Origin: an uncultured Bacilli bacterium
GTDB taxonomy: Bacteria > Bacillota_I > Bacilli_A > RF39 > UBA660
Assembly: GCA_934131175.1 (NCBI GenBank)
Contig: CAKOZD010000004.1
Span: 17,507-81,506 of the forward strand
Reading direction: 5' to 3'
DNA: 64,000 nucleotides
Below are positions 59,196-64,000 of the stretch, one piece after another; the stretch's first letter is position 1; every line of letters starts with the position of its first letter. Under the pieces are notes generated by a model, which was given only the letters and a program-made list of their open reading frames with translations, was not told where the DNA came from and did not search any database. The translations under genes and the position numbers were made by a program.

Positions 59196-60590
59196 TTATT
59201 TCTTTTTTACTTTATTTTTCTTAGTAGTTGAACTTTTAATAACATCCCATAGTTCGTCACTTTCAAAAACTCCTAGTGTTTCTAAATCTAATATTTCTTT
59301 TATTACTGCTTCTAATTTTAATCTTTTTTTACTTAATATATCTTTCTTTTTACTTAATATTATTTTTTTATTTTGTTCTATAATTGCTTTTAATTCTTTA
59401 TTTTTTAATTTTTTATATTCAACCTTATTAATTTCAATACCTATTTTTCCTAATAATTCTTCTTGCTCTTTTGTTTCTGCTATTAATGATAATAATTTAT
59501 TTTCAAAATTTTCTAATTGTTTTGTAAGAGTTTCTTTATCATTTTCTTTTAAGCTAGATATTTCAGTAACAAAAATATCTTTGTTTTCTAATGTTAGTTC
59601 TGTCTTTATTTTATTTTCTAAGTCTTGTACTTTCAAGTTATATTTTTCTATTATTTGTTTTATTAACTCTATTTCATCTTTAAAATCATAATCATTTAAA
59701 ACAGCAATCAAATTATTTAAACCATCTATATTATTTTTGCTAGTTAATATATTTATTTCTTTAGCAAATACTTTTCTTAATAAAGTATTATATTTGTCCC
59801 ATATTAATTCAAATTCATTTTCTGTATTTTTAAGTATTGATTTTTTCATTAAAATAGCATTTAAGTTACTTTTTAATTCATAAATTTTTTCTTTATTTTC
59901 AACTAAGTAAGTTATATCAATCTTGTCAATTAATTTTTCTAATTCTTTTTTTAATATTTCTTCTTGCTTTATAATGTCTTCTAATGTTAAATTACCAATT
60001 TCTAGTTTACTTTCTAATGCTTGTTCTTCATTTGATAATCTATTAAACCATTCTTCGTTTGTATTTTTTGCTTCTTCTTTATATAACTTTAAAGCATCCT
60101 TTAAAGAATTATTGCCATTATCGGTACACGAAATATCAAATTCTTTTCCTAGAGCGTCTATTATTGGAATAATTTTACCAGTATATATTTCACTAGCAAT
60201 TGCTGTATGAACAATACTATCTCCATCATCATCTTTTGTATTTACATCTAGATTATATTTTTTTGCAAGAGCAATTAATTTTAATATGAATTCTTGTGAA
60301 TACGAATGGTCTTCTCCATCTTTATCAGTATATCCATATAAGGCTAGTTGAATAAAATTATAGCCTGTTCTTTCACCTTTATAGTTTACATCATAACCAT
60401 TTTCTAAAAGTAAATTAACAAACTTTAATACTTTTTCTTCATCAAATTTATTTTGAACAGAAGCATGTAATAAATTACCATATTCATTTTTATCTTTTTT
60501 ATTAAATCTTTTTGTAATTTCTTCATAAGTTATTTTCTCTATTGGTAATTCAAAAAAATTTATTACTGCTTCATTTAGTTCAGTTTGCAT
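59196..60590 (-). CDS. Ankyrin-repeat plus long coiled-coil protein with a Lys-rich C-terminal tail
   Basis: Ankyrin-like units (LLENGYDVNYKGERTGYNFIQLAL...; NTKDDDGDSIVHTAIAS...). About 250 aa of heptad-like E/K/L sequence. C-terminus ends in KKNKVKKK. 14-nt gap to the 1112-aa gene. Confidence 0.55.
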   Translation of the reverse strand: MQTELNEAVINFFELPIEKITYEEITKRFNKKDKNEYGNLLHASVQNKFDEEKVLKFVNLLLENGYDVNYKGERTGYNFIQLALYGYTDKDGEDHSYSQEFILKLIALAKKYNLDVNTKDDDGDSIVHTAIASEIYTGKIIPIIDALGKEFDISCTDNGNNSLKDALKLYKEEAKNTNEEWFNRLSNEEQALESKLEIGNLTLEDIIKQEEILKKELEKLIDKIDITYLVENKEKIYELKSNLNAILMKKSILKNTENEFELIWDKYNTLLRKVFAKEINILTSKNNIDGLNNLIAVLNDYDFKDEIELIKQIIEKYNLKVQDLENKIKTELTLENKDIFVTEISSLKENDKETLTKQLENFENKLLSLIAETKEQEELLGKIGIEINKVEYKKLKNKELKAIIEQNKKIILSKKKDILSKKRLKLEAVIKEILDLETLGVFESDELWDVIKSSTTKKNKVKKK

Positions 60591-60688
60591 ATTATCACCC
60601 GTTTTCGGATGTATTATAGCATAATTTCAAAAGAAAAAGAAGTAAACTTTGTGAATACCTCTTTATATTTGTTTTTTAAATTTTAATA

Positions 60689-61231
60689 TTAAATTAAATC
60701 TATTTTTACATCTTCTTTTTTAGCCTCTTCTGCTACAAAGAATTCTTTTTCTTTACATCCTTTACTACCAGCAATTATACTATTTGGAAATACTTTAATC
60801 ATTTGATTATAGTTTGATACATTTGAGTTGTATAGTCTTCTTGCTGCTTGTAAATGTTCTTCAACATCAACTATTGTTAATTGCAAAGTATTGTAATTTT
60901 CATTAGATTTTAATTCTGGATATGATTCTGCTAAAGCGTTAATTTTACTAAATTGACTATCCATTTGTTTATTTGCTTCATTCTTTTCAGAAATAGTCAT
61001 ATCTTTTCTTAATTCTATTGTTTTAAACATAGTTTCTTTTTCATGCTTAGTATATGCTTTAACTACATCAATCATTTTAGTTAATACATCATACCTTTTT
61101 GTTAGAGCAACATCAATTCCAGATGATGCCTCATCTATTTTTATTTTTGCTTTTTCTATATTATTTGAAACTGAAATTAACCATCCAATTATTATAACTA
61201 CAATTACTATTAAAATTATTGCGATTATCAT
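60689..61231 (-). CDS. lemA: LemA-family membrane protein
   Basis: TM helix, then NIEKAKIKIDEASSGIDVALTKRYDVL...AESYPELKSNENYNTLQ. aggagg SD before the internal ATG. Confidence 0.8.
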   Translation of the reverse strand: MIIAIILIVIVVIIIGWLISVSNNIEKAKIKIDEASSGIDVALTKRYDVLTKMIDVVKAYTKHEKETMFKTIELRKDMTISEKNEANKQMDSQFSKINALAESYPELKSNENYNTLQLTIVDVEEHLQAARRLYNSNVSNYNQMIKVFPNSIIAGSKGCKEKEFFVAEEAKKEDVKIDLI

Positions 61232-61251
61232 TACTACACCTCCTTTCAATA

Positions 61252-62316
61252 TTAAATGTTATTTTGATTGTTCATATTTATTTGATTACTTATAGTTTGT
61301 TCGTTTACTACTTGTTGTTGGTTATTAATAGGATTTTGATTTATCGTATTATTTTCTTGTTGTGCCTCATTTGTTTGTTCACCATTAATACTTAATTTTT
61401 TGAATAAAGTATTATCAAGATTTAATTCATCAACAAACTGTGTAATAACTTTTATATCACCATTTGTTCTATTCAATTCTTTTTCTTCATTAATTTTAAA
61501 TAGACAGTTTGGTGCTTCAAAAGAATCTTTATTATCATACAAACCTATATGTAGTCTGTTGTTTATAAAACAAAGTAAAAGTTTTCCTTTATTATTGTCA
61601 TCTAATCTTTCAATCTTTTCCATTAAAGATGGTGTTAGTATGTAAAATGCCTCATGTTCACTTTGAGCGTAAACATTAAATCTTTTATTAAACGATTCAC
61701 TTTCCATCTTGACGTTTTGATAATATGATTTGTCATCTTTTTTGGAAAATAGTCCTCTTTCCTTTACTCTATTATTACCAAATCCTTTTTGGGCAACTTG
61801 AACATTTGCTTTGAATTCTTTATTAAAATCAAATACCATCCATCTTCCTCTAAATATTGTTACATAATATGTTGTGGTATTTCCATCTGAATCAGTTGTC
61901 TCACGCTCTTCTTGAATATGAACATCTGCTTGGCTAAAAGCAACATCTTTATATTTTCCTGATATAAAATCATTTGATTTATATATATCTCCCATATACA
62001 TCATATGAGTATCAGCAATCGTACTTCTTGGCATACCTGATTCTGGTTCATAATTTAAATCTGTAAATATTTCTTTAAGTCCCCTTAAAACAATGTATTC
62101 TTTATATGCTTTACTATACTTTTTTTTAGGACCTAATGTTAATAAAAGTGCTATAATAAATCCAATTATAATTGAAAAAATTAAAAAAACAATAAAATCT
62201 TCGTAAACTGTTGCTTTTGGAGGTATATAACATAATATTATTGCAAATATTATCATGCTTAAAAAAATTCTATTTCTATATTTTTTCCTTTTTTTCTCTA
62301 AATCATTAAGAGTCAT
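61252..62316 (-). CDS. Membrane protein of the DUF3137-like family commonly paired with LemA
   Basis: Two TM helices, then YYVTIFRGRWMVFDF. The start is uncertain: the track ORF begins at a TTG, and the nearest ATG with an SD-like agga is at 62316. Confidence 0.45.
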   Translation of the reverse strand: MTLNDLEKKRKKYRNRIFLSMIIFAIILCYIPPKATVYEDFIVFLIFSIIIGFIIALLLTLGPKKKYSKAYKEYIVLRGLKEIFTDLNYEPESGMPRSTIADTHMMYMGDIYKSNDFISGKYKDVAFSQADVHIQEERETTDSDGNTTTYYVTIFRGRWMVFDFNKEFKANVQVAQKGFGNNRVKERGLFSKKDDKSYYQNVKMESESFNKRFNVYAQSEHEAFYILTPSLMEKIERLDDNNKGKLLLCFINNRLHIGLYDNKDSFEAPNCLFKINEEKELNRTNGDIKVITQFVDELNLDNTLFKKLSINGEQTNEAQQENNTINQNPINNQQQVVNEQTISNQINMNNQNNI

Positions 62317-62448
62317 ATAAACACATCCTATACTACTATATGTTTTAAGTATAAGATTTTTTTTAAAGAAAAACAACTATTTATTTAAATTTGTAGAATT
62401 ATTTACACTAAAAAAAAGAAAATTATTTTACTAATTTTCTTTCATATT

Positions 62449-64000
62449 TTATTTTGTCAACTCAGCTAATTTTTGTTTTTCTTCAGCAAGTTTTTGTCTA
62501 TCCATTTCTACTATGTTTGCTGGTGCCTTATTAACATAATTTTCGTTTGATAATAATTTTTCACGTCTTGCAATAGATGACTTTAATTGTTCTATTTGAG
62601 CTTCTTTTTGAGCAATATCTGCTTCTGTTTCAATCTTTTCAAAGAATATTTGAGCCTTTATTCTATTAGAGAACACTTTATAAGCTTTAATTCCTAAAGG
62701 TTCATTTACTAGATTATCTTGAAGCTTTAACATTTTAACGATAAGTTCATTATCATCTTCTGTATCAAACATTACTTTCATATCTTTTGTAATATTATTT
62801 TCTGCTTTAACATTTCTGAATGTTTTAATAAATTCTATTTGATCATCTACTATTTCTTCTTCTTTCTCAAATACAAATTTCTTTGAGTATTTTGGATAAC
62901 TTGAAATCATTATTGATTCTTGTTCTTTTACTGGTAACATTTGATATATTTCTTCTGTTACGTATGGCATAAATGGATGAAGTAATTTTAATATTCCTGT
63001 TAATATTGTACATAATACTGATTGGGTAGTTTCATCTTCACTAGTGTACTTTGCCATTTCAATATAGTAGTCACAGAAATAGTTCCATGTAAAGTCATAG
63101 ATTGCTGTTCCAGCATTATTAAATTGGAATTTATCCATGAACTTCTTTACTTCATGAATAGTTTTTTCATATTTTGTTAAAATCCATTTATCTTCTGGTT
63201 TTAAATTATCTAATTTTATTTCTTTTAAGTTTTCAATATTCATTAATGTAAAACGTGATGCATTCCATAATTTATTTATGAAGTTCCATGTTGCTTTTAT
63301 TTTATCTTCATCAAATTTCATGTCTGTTCCTGCTGCTACATCTGTTGATAAATAATATCTTAATGAGTCTGCACCATATTTTTCAATCATATCAAATGGA
63401 TCAATTCCATTTCCTAAACTCTTTGAGAATTTTCTTCCTTGTTTATCTCTAATAAGTCCATGGATTAGACAATGTTCAAATGGTCTTTTTCCTAGTAATT
63501 CTTCTCCTTGGAATGTCATTCTATTAACCCAGAATGGAATGATATCATATCCTGTTACTAAAACATTATTTGGATAGTATCTTTCTACCATTTCATTTTG
63601 TTCTGGCCAACCTAGCGTTGCGAATGGCCATAGTGCACTAGAGAACCATGTGTCTAATACGTCTTCATCTTGCTTCCATCCTTCACCTTCTGGAGCTTCC
63701 ATTCCAACATATACTTCTTCTCCTCTATACCAAGCAGGAATTCTGTGTCCCCACCATAATTGTCTTGAAATACACCAGTCATATGTTATTTCCATCCAAT
63801 GATTCATTGTTTTTTCATAACGAGTTGGTACAAAGTGAACTTTTGTATCTTTATCTTTTTGATTTTCTAAAACTTTATCAGCTAATGGTTTCATTTTTAC
63901 AAACCATTGTTTTTTTATCATTGGTTCTACCATTACACCTGTTCTTTCACTATGTCCTACTTCATGAACGATTGGTTCTACTTCTAATAATAAACCAGCT
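62449..64000 (-). CDS. valS: Valyl-tRNA synthetase, C-terminal two-thirds. The gene start lies beyond the window end.
   Basis: KFSKSLGN (KMSKS) motif, an anticodon-binding region, and a C-terminal coiled coil. The frame stays open to position 64000. Confidence 0.85.
   Translation of the reverse strand, partial: AGLLLEVEPIVHEVGHSERTGVMVEPMIKKQWFVKMKPLADKVLENQKDKDTKVHFVPTRYEKTMNHWMEITYDWCISRQLWWGHRIPAWYRGEEVYVGMEAPEGEGWKQDEDVLDTWFSSALWPFATLGWPEQNEMVERYYPNNVLVTGYDIIPFWVNRMTFQGEELLGKRPFEHCLIHGLIRDKQGRKFSKSLGNGIDPFDMIEKYGADSLRYYLSTDVAAGTDMKFDEDKIKATWNFINKLWNASRFTLMNIENLKEIKLDNLKPEDKWILTKYEKTIHEVKKFMDKFQFNNAGTAIYDFTWNYFCDYYIEMAKYTSEDETTQSVLCTILTGILKLLHPFMPYVTEEIYQMLPVKEQESIMISSYPKYSKKFVFEKEEEIVDDQIEFIKTFRNVKAENNITKDMKVMFDTEDDNELIVKMLKLQDNLVNEPLGIKAYKVFSNRIKAQIFFEKIETEADIAQKEAQIEQLKSSIARREKLLSNENYVNKAPANIVEMDRQKLAEEKQKLAELTK

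Noticed and set aside
1-64000. CRISPR arrays, rRNA genes, IS elements or transposases
   Set aside because: No spaced direct-repeat arrays, no rRNA-like conserved stretches, and no transposase or integrase-like ORFs were seen. The repeats present are intragenic coding repeats.

Overview
This is a very AT-rich window (about 25% GC) from a low-GC Gram-positive spore-former, read with the standard genetic code. Almost all genes are on the minus strand. The backbone is conserved Firmicutes housekeeping: SMC (partial), PolC, trigger factor, GalE, phosphoketolase, cysteine desulfurase, an RluB-like pseudouridine synthase, and the rpsU-yqeY-yqfC-yqfD-(VanZ-like)-ybeY-dgkA-cdd-era-recO block. Further on come radC-mreC-mreD followed by a SpoIVFA-like/SpoIVFB-like (M50) pair, a short Rel homolog, lemA, and valS (partial).

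Several accessory loci are embedded in this backbone:
1. A two-peptide double-glycine-leader bacteriocin locus lies between tRNA-Ala and rpsU. It comprises a C39-peptidase ABC exporter, a small membrane protein, two overlapping precursor peptide genes and a small TM immunity-like ORF. The three small genes are below the ORF-track size cutoff.
2. A 777-aa protein carries a type-IV-prepilin N-terminus and 3.5 thrombospondin type-1 (TSP1) repeats.
3. The M50 site-2-protease gene has its HExxH-containing N-terminus in a frame with no canonical start codon.
4. A plus-strand three-gene islet of unknown function (200 aa, 440 aa, lipoprotein) sits in an otherwise minus-strand region.
5. A 1112-aa protein of unknown function is paired with an ankyrin/coiled-coil protein.
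6. Three tandem hairpin-plus-U-tract elements sit in the leader of a GNAT/M20 operon, next to a 590-bp non-coding region.
7. A metallophosphoesterase is fused to an acidic repeat, a TM segment and a LysM domain.

Three separate alarmone genes are present (an HD-only hydrolase, a small synthetase, and a short Rel). No CRISPR array, rRNA or obvious transposase was seen.
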